NCBI GenBank assembly: GCA_903813345.2
Contig: CAIIXF020000001.1
Span: 40,300,001 to 40,364,000 of the forward strand
Length of the DNA stretch: 64,000 bases
Direction: 5' to 3'
Source: Owenia fusiformis
Lineage: Eukaryota
Part shown: positions 22,301 through 34,300 of the stretch, piece by piece
How positions within the stretch are numbered: the stretch's first letter is position 1
Layout of the letters: the number at the start of each line of letters is the position of its first letter
Program-made: the position numbers and the translations under genes
The notes under the pieces: generated by a model
What the model was told of the DNA's origin: nothing
Databases searched by the model: none
Seen by the model: the letters and a program-made list of their open reading frames with translations, nothing else

Positions 22301-25300
22301 TCCTGAACCTCATATAGGATAATCTCTATATATCCCTCGGGATAAACCCAATATCCAAGTCCTTCAATTACACATCCTTTGTGAAGGCTTAATACTCTTG
22401 TGATGATTAATGGATGAAAATATTTCCCCAAACTGAATATTTGACACGGTATGGTGGCATGGATTAAGGTGGATTTTGATTAATCATACTCTAGTTTTTA
22501 TATCATAATAGTGTTGTTGTTATCGATTTTCTCAAGAGAAGCCATGTTTACAATATTAGGGTGTTTCTTCTTGTTGATTTACCACACATTTTAATGATTA
22601 ATTATAGCTATCACAATGCTGTTATAATGACTCTCCATAGTATTGACGGGGATGTGGGCTCTCATATTAGACAAAGTTTATACCACCAAGTGCTGATGTT
22701 CGTTCACTCGGCTCCCTTCTGTCGCTTAACGTAGTAAAGCCCGAACGTGCGAAGGTGATGTGGGATCACGGTCATTTCAAATTAATTAGGATTTAAACAG
22801 GGTTCCAAAGTGGAGATGTTTGCAACGTTGATCATATGGTATCTCTCGTAATGGAATTGAATAAGGATGACGCGGGCAATCCCATCAAATCGCAACTTTT
22901 TCTTTATATCAGGGTTAGTCTTGCACAATAGTCATAGCTAAGATAATGCAGGCCAATAAACTAATCCGAGCCAATCGGAGGAAAACAATCAAGAGACGCA
23001 TTACAAAGAGCAGAAAGAGTAATACGAGCGAGAAATATTTACAGATCAAAATTGAATTATTTTCAAGAGGCATTTATCTTTATGTTGTGACTGATGTAAA
23101 AGTAATCTATCACGCAGTTAAGCTAATTGACATCTGTCATTACCTGAACTTAATAAAAGTAGAAATATCAATTATTTTATATCCTGAAAGACACTTCTCA
23201 CAATCAAGAAACAACAAGTTCTTTCAACTGAAGACCGATGCCTTCATTTTTCTTCACTAGAGTTGACGGCCGGTTCTTCAGTATCGAAAACGATATCATG
23301 AATATGCATCGTATATCAAAAAACACGGGTGTAATCGAGCTCGTTTATGTCAAACGAGAAAGATAAATGTCAGATCACACATTCTGTCGAGATATTTCTA
23401 ATATTTAGTTGTCATAAACTTAGCCATTTTGCTTTGTAAATCAGAAACAATTCAAAAACAATCTTTTCATAATACTGGAACATAATATTAGTAAACGATC
23501 TAATATAGACGTTTGCTGTTTGTGATTTTATTCTATTTGATCCAGCAGTATAGTTATCTCACTATCAATGGGAATACAGTTCTTGTTCCGTTTTGGAGAT
23601 ATCTATTGACTTTTATTTTTTGTTTACTACAGGTGTAACAAAGATTAGGGACGGGTTGAGTATAGCTTTCCCTTTGTCACATCTAGAAAAGTCTAACATG
23701 ATAATTCAGTGATTTTCAGCTTATTTAGTAATTGTTCCTGATCATGAATTTTGGATTTTTTGCGTTCCAACCTCCAAAACATATATATCTCATTTTCAGA
23801 CAATGTTGTCCTGAGAAGCACTGGCATGTTTTTAAAACATTGTTTCCAAGATTTTACATTGTCTATCTTTTGCTGCAACGTTGATATAACCCCTCCATTA
23901 AAATCGTCGTTTGGATGACTAGTAGAAGAATGAGGACAACAAATAGCCAAAATGGCGATATTAAAGTAACTTACCTTTCAATAGCCATCATAGTAAGTGT
24001 CATGATACTGCAGGAAAACGACACCTGGTTAGCGTAGAATAGTATCTTACACATAGCTCCTCCAAGATACCATCCGTATGAGAAATGGGCAACATTCTAA
24101 ACCATAAGAAGACATACGGATAGCGATGGAAAGAAGTAGTGCAGTACAAGAACTGTATTACCCTGCATTATAACACGCTAGCCACACTACCCTCTGTCAA
24201 TTTCAGCTGATTTTATAGTTTTTGATGCTGATAAAATATTTTAAATATCTCAGATGAAGCTACTCATGACCTTTCATGTCTTAAATACTGTTATATCAAA
24301 ATGTATGTGCTCTTAATTTGATGACGTAATGAAATACATACCCTCAAAGGTACGCAGAGAACGATGACGAGAAGGTCTGCCAAGGAAAGGCTGAATAGAA
24401 AAATGTTGGTAACGTCTTCAACTCCAAGCTGTTTCACAATTACGTAGATCACTAAACTGTTCCCTGAAATTAAACATCGATGGATATGTGAAATTCAGGA
24501 AAATCATCGATACCGTAATAATGATATGTGTGTAATATCCCTGTATCCGATGACATTTAGAAGAAAATGATATGATCGTAAAATTGTTTGTTAATGTTAC
24601 GGAAACTGCAGTTATCGTAATTGCTGCCCCACTGTATTTCACACTGGCTCTTATGATGATGTATCATATGAAATACCAATTTCGTGAATCGCCACAATAT
24701 AGCGTCTTCGATCAATGACAACGGAATCTAAATTTGAAATAATTTATAAATACAACGGCATATGGTAAGATTTTCGCATTTAAAGAGAGAATCAGATCTA
24801 GCGAGCAGGCCAACAAAAAATTGTAATTTTAGAATATTTCTGGCTCATGTCATTCCTTGTCGTCTACTTTCTAAAAATCCCCAAAGTGCACACTTTATCT
24901 CAGGAAAACTAAAGATTTTTACAATAAATGTATTATTTTTCTATAAGAATGGTTACCATTCTTTGAGAATCTAAACATTTTTCACCTTCTTTGCAACATC
25001 TTTGCACTTTGAATCCGTAATAACTTCACCAATTTATAACATATCGTGAATCTCTTTGGAGATATCGTATTTGAGATGGTAAAGAATAGATTGGTGGGTC
25101 AATTGTACATGTTGCTTGTGGTTTTGTCACCCCTATATATCTGATTCTGCCTTTAAGTACTCTAATTTCGGTCTTACTAGTCCATTGATTAATATAATGG
25201 TAATTTGAATTGAGTTCAAATTGAGTTCAATTTAAGACTTCAGATTGAAGCTGAGTAAGTAGCTGAGTAGGAAGCTGAGTAAGTAGTTGAGTAGATTGCT

Positions 25301-28300
25301 AAGTAAGTACCTGAGTAGGTAGCCGAGTACGTAGCTGACTTAACCCATGACTTAATATTTGAATATCATCATATTAATTTTTTCGAAATTTCAAATCATC
25401 ATAGAATCTAAACCGGAAGTCGGATTTCAATTCGGATTTCAGATTCGGATTCCTGAGAAAATTCTCCACCTTTTCCGCAACTCACGCGTTAAAGGAGAAC
25501 CCTAGTAAATTGTACCTGGATTTGGACCTTGGCTTTTCAGTGTTCAAACTGAATAAACCATATCTCAAAATCGGTAAAAGTAATTTAAAAACGATTTGAC
25601 TTTTGAATTAGCTTTTTTACAAGGAACGTGATGAAAAAGAACGAGAACAAATACTGAAGGGCGACTGAGAAAAGTGGTAAAATAATGAAAACACAAGACA
25701 CAATGAAAATAGTGGACGCATAGGGGACACAGTTACGAACTGAACTGTCGAACTTCAATCCTAGTGACTAGGGACGCATGTACGACGTTGTGCAGTCAGT
25801 CGTAGATAGCAGTAGTGAGTACACCGTTCGTAGCTTATGAATGAATTAACAAAAAAAAGCTATCACACCAAACAAGTTGTCATTGCGTCCAAGTTTTAAA
25901 CGTTGCCGAACTGGTTTTAAACGTTGTGCAAACTGGATGAACGTAGTTAACTAGTTACAACGATCACCTCATTATACGGACGCGTATTATACCGAAACCC
26001 ATTATACCGACACGCATTGTGCCGAAAAGGCAAACCGATGTGCGTTGTACCGAAATCCGTGCCAGTGGGACGGCACATTGCCTTAACCCATCAGTTTTAT
26101 GACGTGCACTTCCGCGTGGGACTACATCTTTACCCCCCTATCACACCAAACTAGTTCTTAACCGTTCTTGCCAGTCCTACGAAAACGTTGTAAAACGGGC
26201 TCAATCTGGCTGTGGTCGGGAAATATGTCTAAAATAATTAGCTACTTCGTTCATAAACAGTCTTCAATACGTCCATCTCATTCACAGTTCGTTCAGGTCG
26301 CACCACGTCGGTGTGCAACGTCGTATAAAGCGTCCCTTAGTCGAGAAGGTCATCATGACCTGATTACAGAACGGTATGGTCGCCACCTCAAAATTCTAAA
26401 TCACATTCCGCGTCCTGGAAAGTCCATGATTTTCGTAAACAGACCGTAGAACGTCTTTTAGCTACGTTCATTCAGTTCGCACGCAGTTTAAAACCGATTA
26501 GGCAACGTTTTGAAGAACGCAGTGACAACTGGTTCTGGTGTGATAGCTCGCTGACTACACAACGTCGTAATACTTCCCTAGTAGGATTGACGTACGACAC
26601 TTCCGTTCATAGTGTGTCCCCAGTGCGTCCAGGTTGTCTTAAGTACGTTGTCACTCGTTCTGATTGTAGAACGTGACGATCACCAGAAAATTGTGAGCAT
26701 GCTCTAATTTCTGGAGGACTTACTCGTTCGAGTAGTTTCATGAAGTTTGTAAACAGATCCCAAACAGTTCTTGATGGGTTCTTTGTATGTCAAATCCGTT
26801 CGTGTACAGTTTAAGCCAGTTTTCGAGAACGTAGTGAGAACTAGTTTGGTGTGATAGGGTTACAGCGGGAATTTCAAGTCTTGGAAATAAAAAAATCATT
26901 TTTATTTACTTCCACAATGTCTTAACTTTAAACTTTTTAATATGAGACTGGATGTTAATCTGTTGTTTATATATTCATATTCAATTAATTATCGCGCAAA
27001 AACATATTTTCAGATGAAGCTTAATTTAAAATCTTTGAACATCTTTACATCTCAGTTGCGGCCAGAAATTTTTAAACTGATGCTAGGCGTTTAGGATTGA
27101 GGGGTCGTCTCAACAAACTTAATTCCAGTTAACCATCAATTTCTGTATGGTAAACCCTGTACTTCATAAAATATATTTAACCGTGGTAAATTCTGAAGTA
27201 AACTGTATTGTTTCATTGGTAGAAATAAATAATTGTGCTATTAAATATAGAGTTTCACATTTCTTATTGAACTTGATAATTACTGTATTTTCGGTCTTGT
27301 GCTGATGGGGCCAAAAATTGTTGTCATGGAGAGAGACCAAGATATGCTCTCATGGAGATAGTAAGAATTGCATTCATTTGTTTTACTTTAAATCTTTCCA
27401 AAATCTTTCCAAGTGTGATTTTTATCAATGTGTGCCTCAATGTTCCCATTAATTCTGAAGTTATTTCATTTTCTAACCATTTCCCAAACATTTCTTTTCA
27501 TATAATACTTCCAAATTGGCATCATTTCCATGTTTAAATTGCTTATAGTTTTTGGCTACTGATATTATCTCTATCATCAGTTTTCATTCCACAAACGAAA
27601 TATCAATCATTTTGCCCAATATTTCATTATTTTGAAACATTGAATACACGTTTTAATTGGCAGTTTAAAATGATGCTCATTAACTAAGTCCAATATTCAG
27701 CGCCCCTTTAATATCTATTTAGGGGCAAATCAATACTAGACTTAGCAGGTCATCTGATTCTCAATTTGATTTTGATTTGAACTGATTCTCAATTGGGACC
27801 CATAGTGACTTTGCCAATTTCTTGACTCTGTTGAAAGCCCATGGTCCAATCAACCGTACCTCCTTATCTTATGATGACCGCACAAAATGATAGAGCGTTG
27901 GAACCGACTGTGCCAAATGATACGGATATTGCAGCTATGTGTGTCGTGTTTTCAAGTGTTATTTTATATATGTCCGACAAATCAAATTATGGTTTTGATG
28001 CTATCTAGATGGATTTAATAGTATCTATATGTCTCGTTCATTCATTTGACCAATAAAAATCATAACTGCCTGGAAATATGAATAAAATATGTAAATAAAT
28101 GAATTAAAACGTCAAATTAAGAAGCAAAAGTCTTTTCTGGGTCACTGCGAATGGCATGATTTCCTCGAGTCTCTTCAGTTGCAAGGCAACCATACTGGGA
28201 CCGATTCGCGTCGTTCCACTACTGCCCTTGGTGGGGGCCCGCTACCATACTATATGACTCCCGGAGTTTACTAAAGCACGTTAGTGGAGGAACCAACCAC

Positions 28301-31300
28301 AGTCTCACAATCTGTCTCCGGCAAGAGCGGTCAGAGAACCAACCCATGCCAAGGGCCGGTAAACGGTTGGACCTTCGGACCGGGTGTCCGTAGTGACAAT
28401 GATCAACAACTCCGTACCTGGGGCTCGAACGCGGGACCTCCGTATCCCACGACGTTCAACCGCAAAGTAGCCTCAGTCTACGCCACTAGGCTACCCTGCT
28501 TAGGTGTCAAAACTGCTAAAAAATAATGTAGTTGTTACAATTATTTGCTTGGATAAACATGATATTACATTTCTTAATTGATTAATCTGATTAAGTTGGA
28601 ATCGAAGTTCGACCAACGACCAAGGCAATGCAATCAACAACTCTTGCAAATGTGAACGGGAGTCGTAAAGACAGAAAGTACAAGAATCGTGATCAATGTA
28701 AAGTATAATATTTGAGACAGATCTTTGAATATCAGGAAGGAGAAACATTCCAAAATGAAGAAGAATCATTTAGAACATTTGATTTGTTGCCAATATATCA
28801 ATTGCGTCTCAAATGAATGAAATAAAAGGTATCGCGGGCCATTTAAGCCGATGAGTGAAAATAATTATAATTGACGCATCTAGATCGCTCAATATAACGG
28901 TAAGTGAATAGGTTTGTGTAGATACGTCGAGGAAAATAAGCTATTTCGACGCTTGAAATAATCTGATTACGCTTATTAATAATTACGCGTGGCTATTAAA
29001 CACAAGTGTTGTGTAGAACAAAAACAAGAAAACTGAACGACCTAATAGGAACTGCACTTCAGTTTTAAAGTGTTCAAGATATTTCCACATGTTCAAAAAC
29101 ACAAAATTTATATTTTAGGCTATCCATTGTCAGATATCTCCAATTCATATTACAGGGAAAACATAATCATGTTTCCGAAAAGAATTTACACTCGCTACTC
29201 AAAAATGAGGCACGGACACAAGTACAGAGAATAGCCTAGTGAAGGCATCTATCTAATAGTGGCTTTTCCATATAGCTTTGAAATCTCGTTAAGGTCTCAT
29301 TTAATGAGATTTCAGGAGATCTGCATTTTTAACCACTAAAGACTAACATTTTCTTCTATTTGAATTCTGTGTGTAATTTTCTATCAAAACAACTTAGTTT
29401 TTGCACTGTTATTTACCTTTATTCAAATTCTAGAGATTCTCAAGTTTTCAAAAAATGGTCGGGCTAAATCCCCATTGACACAGTAACCCTACTATCACAC
29501 CAAACTAGTTCTCACTACGTTCTCGAAAACGGGCTTCAACTGTGTACGAACGGACTGGACGTACTTAGAACCGTTTGGAGTCTATTTACAAACTTCATCG
29601 AACGTACTCGAACGGGTAGGTCCTCTAGAACTTAGAACATGCTCAAAATGTTCTCTTGGTCGTCACGTTCTACAATTAGAACGAGTGACAACCTACTAAC
29701 GACGAGCTGGACGTACTACGAACGGAACCGTCGTACTTCAATCCTACTAGAGACGTTTTTAGAACGAGATGAACTGTCTGAGGACGTATTGAGAACGAGG
29801 TAGAACTAATTGCAAGCGTGTTAAAACTGATTGCAAACGTATTTATCAACGAGTTAGCAAAAATATAGCTATCACACCAAGCAAGTTGCCACTGCATTCT
29901 TCAAAACTCGTTTCATACAGTTCGTAAACAGACCGTAGAACGTTGTAGCTACGTTCATTCAGTTCGCACACAGTTTAAAACCGATTCGGCAACGTTTTGA
30001 CGATCACCAGAAAATTTTGAGCATGCTCTAAGTGCTGTAGGACCTACTCGTTCTAGTAGTTTCATGACGTTTGTAAACAGATCCCAAACGGTTCTTAGTG
30101 GGTTCTTAGTACGTCAAATCCGTTCGTGCACAGTTTAAGCCCGTTTTCGAGAACGTAGTGAGAACTAGTTTGGTGTGATAGTAGGGTTAGAAAAGCTCGG
30201 AGTAAAGCGAGTAAAGCGGGATATTCGGCAAGAGCGCCAAACATTTTTAAAGCTACTTTCACACCAACGGCGAATGCCACGCTTTAAATCGGCGAGCAAA
30301 GCGCTGTCATTTTTGTTTACTTTTCCAAAAATATCACGATCTCCTAAGTAATGTTACGCTCTGATACGCTCTGATACGCTCTGATTTCCCGACTTGTTAC
30401 GGATCCTCACGCTATGATCCCGCTTCGACCAGGCTTTGTTACGCTTAAAATCACGCTTTGATAATACGATTGCCAAGCTCTTTGTGCATTTTCGAGATCG
30501 CCTTTATCATGACGCTTTTGATCAAATGGCTGTATAAAGATGCAGTAGATCCATAAAACCATTGAATCTTTGACTCGAGAAGACAATGGCAGAACAACAA
30601 GATCCAGAATTTCCAGATGGACCAGATCATGACCAATCTGAAGAAGAAATGATGTTTGTCGCACGGCGTGAAAGAGCGTGAGAAAGCGTGAGGAAGCTTG
30701 TCAAGCGTAACAAAGCTTAACAAAGCGTATCAATCCTTGATTAAAGCGTCTCAATTCGTTTAAAAGCTTGAGAATCCTTCATGAAAGCGTAACAAAGAGT
30801 GTCAGATATTGATGAAAGCGTCTGACCTCGTGTCAGATCTTCATGCCAGATCGTAGCAAAGTTTGAGACATCTAAACGAAGCGTGTCAAGTGGTAACAGA
30901 CCGTGACGAGACTGGGGTCCCCGCTTTGAACCAAGCTCTGTTAAGCTTTCCTACGCTTTGAGTCAAGCTTTGCTGAGCTTTATTACGGTTTGTTAAGCTT
31001 TGATACGCTCTCGGCGCTTTAATCATTTCGTAACGGAGCGCCCAAAATTTTTAAACAGTTTAAAAAATTTTGGCGCTCTTGCCGAACATCACGCTTTACT
31101 TCGAGCTTTTCTACGACCTATTACGACCCCGACGCTTTAATCAAGCTTTGTTACGCTTTGGTGCCGCTTTATAAGTCCCTTTAAAGCGCCATGCTTTGCT
31201 CGCCGATTTAAAGCGTGGCATTCGCCGTTGGTGTGAACGTAGCTTATTAGAATAGCAAATTATCTTCAACGTGCCTGGTTTCTAACTGCTCTTTGTTCGT

Positions 31301-34300
31301 CGCATGTCAATGGATTCAGGTATGTACGTGAGAAGTTGTACCAAATAGATTTTCATACACATGCAAAAGTTTCCGAAGCTGGCTCTACATGTATACTGCT
31401 ATATCACGTTTTAAGACAATATATTACTTCCTTATGCAAATGTATACTTTCTTCGAGAATACTGAATGTGGAATATCATATAAATTGTAGCACACCTTGC
31501 AACAATGTCATTATGAGGGTTATTTCTAATGAAAGAAGTTTATCATGCGTTGAAATTAAGTTAGTAGTCTATACAAAAAGTGAATACTTTGTATTTGTCC
31601 CTACAAGGCAAAGGCAAACCTTTTCAGTTATACCCCAGTCACATTTGTCGTACGAAGACCGTGCGTCGACCGCAGATCAATTAAATCAGTGTATTTCTGC
31701 GGCGAGCGTAGGAAAACTACGCTCGCCTTGCGGCCTCCGTACGGCGTATCCAGTTTTTTACAGGCCGCAGGGTCGCCATAGAAATTATAACTCGGAGTTA
31801 TAATATTTGTTCATTTCTGAGGTCCCCGTAGAAATCAATTGGCTCAACAAGATTGAATCATTATTTGTCAATGTTTTACGATCACTTTTCATTTGATATT
31901 ACATCCTAGCACTATAAATAACATTTATAAATTGTCCCGATTTAAATAAAATGAAAAAAAAAATTTATCAACAGAAATTTAAAATTCACCGTGCAGCTGC
32001 CGTGGGAAATGTGACTGTAAAAGTATGAGAGCGCAGAAATTCCACGGCGAGCGTAGAAATGTTACTGGCCGCAGAAATGATAGACCGCAAGGTCGCCGTA
32101 GGAAATGTGACTGGGGTGTTAGGTTAGGTACTAGTTTCTACGGCTAGCGGCCTGCGGCCTGTAAAAAACTGGATACGCCGTACGGAGGCCGCAAGGCGAG
32201 CATAGTTTCCCTACGCTCTCCGCAGAAATACACCGATTTAATTGATCTGCGGTCGACGCACGGCCTCCGTACGACAAATGTGACTGGGGTGTTAGGTATA
32301 GTAGAGTGAATAAGGGAGGTTGAAAGAATTTTATGGTTCCACATCTGGAATATCAGAACTGGTGAGAATGGTGATTCGGTGATTATTTCTCATAAAGGGT
32401 AAAGAGTGGAAATCTGGAAATCTTATTTTTCTGCTTGGAAATTTGAGTGTACGCATGTTCGTACTTTGCGTACATGTAGCTACGTCACTGGGTTTTCAGC
32501 AGGGGCTAAATGCGGTGATAGTATGCACAATCTAGTCAATCTATGCCACGTAAAGAATTTAATGAAACAAATTGACATTATAAATTGTATTTTTATGACG
32601 ATAGAATACAGTTATAACTAATAATCTATAATTGTAAATATCAAGTGTCGCATAAGCTGACGTCAGTTGGAGGATAGTGGTAACATACTGGTACTTCTAT
32701 GAAGGTATTTTATGAGTGTAGAACAATACAACTGTGATTACTCGCTAAACTTCTTGTAAACCTTGTAGTAGTTGATTGGCAATTTCTTGTTAAAGTTATT
32801 TTGACTACTATACAGGGCGTTCAATCAGGACTGATAAAAATGCTGTAACTTTTTTAATTTTTATATATTTCTGACTAACTTTTCTAGTGTACATTGTTGA
32901 GTATTGTACTGATGTACTGTGAGAGTAACAAGACTGTACTCTCACAGGAAGGTGGTACTGGGTGGAGCCTAAGGTGGTTCGTCGTGGGTCAGGTCTGCAC
33001 GAAATTTTTGTCTAAATAACCGACTTAAAATGTGAATATTTTCATACATAATTTTATTTTTAAATCCATTTTGACAGTTGGCAAATAAACACTGGTACTA
33101 AGATACCTTGGTAACACCTATTGATGACATCAAAGAGCAAATTGTAAGGTGGAAATGACATCATGGAGCAATTCATAAGAATACATTTATATATTACGGG
33201 GAGCCCATGATATCACTGAGCAATTTAAGATCAGATGACTTCATGGAGAAATTTCATCACACGGACTCGGCAGAAATTATCATGAACAACATGACTACTG
33301 AACAAAATATCAATAATATTCAGCATCAGATTAGAAGCAGCACCAAGACGGTATACTCCTAGGGAATATCAAAATACGATACAATAAAGGACATTCATGA
33401 AGCTTATGGAAAGGAAACAACAACTACCGCTGGCAAATATCGTTGGTACCAATATTTCAAAGAGGGAGAAAGTCAGATAAAGATGAATCCAGACAGGGGT
33501 GACCAAAGACTGTGACTTCCCCTAGTCAGATTACTACAATAAAAGAAATATTGGCTGAATTCCTATCGGAAAAATTGCAGTCATGACTGATTCAAGTGTT
33601 GTTCGCACACACCATGTAACTCATAATGATTTAGAGATGACATTGATGTGTGACAAGTTGGTGCACAAGCAATTGACTGTGACTGCGGAGCAATATTCAC
33701 ATTTTAAGTTGGTCATTTTGAGACTTTTTTGGTGCAGACCTGATCCACCACTAACCACCTTTGGCTCAACCCAGCACCACATTCCTGTTAAAGCAGTCCT
33801 GTAACTTTTACAGTACATCAGTTTAATACTCAACAATGCACACTAGAAAAATAAGTAAGATGTATGAAAAAATAAAAAAAGTTATATTTATCAGTACTTT
33901 TTGAACGCCCTGTACTTGCTACTTCTAGCAATTTCTTGTTTACAAACGTTCTAATACTACTAGCTACTTCTGTTTCTTGCAAACGTTGTTTTGATCAATG
34001 ACAACTTCTAAACGTTATTTTGACGTGCACAGTTTCCGTTGAACGTAGTTTTGTCTACTCGCTACATGTGTTGCTTATAAACGTTGTTATAACTATTAAC
34101 AATATTCTTGTAAAGGCTGTAAATGTTGCTTCGACAACTAGAAAGATCGTGTACTAATGACAACTATTTGTAAATGCAGTTTCAGCGCCATTTTACTTTT
34201 GAAGAAGTTATACTAGTATATCTTTTGCTATAAATCTATATTTTGCAATAAAATGAGAAAAACAAGATCTGAGAGTCCGGCATTTCGAAAAATGTGTTGA

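Noticed and set aside
27040..27560. Coding-like minus-strand stretch in the GPCR intron
   Set aside because: Contains stops and no recognisable domain
28400..28500. Functional tRNA gene
   Set aside because: No clean cloverleaf or acceptor stem is evident and it continues into a long body; better explained as a SINE head
31336..31803. 155-aa ORF
   Set aside because: Runs from unique intron sequence into a MITE TIR; no domain or splice support
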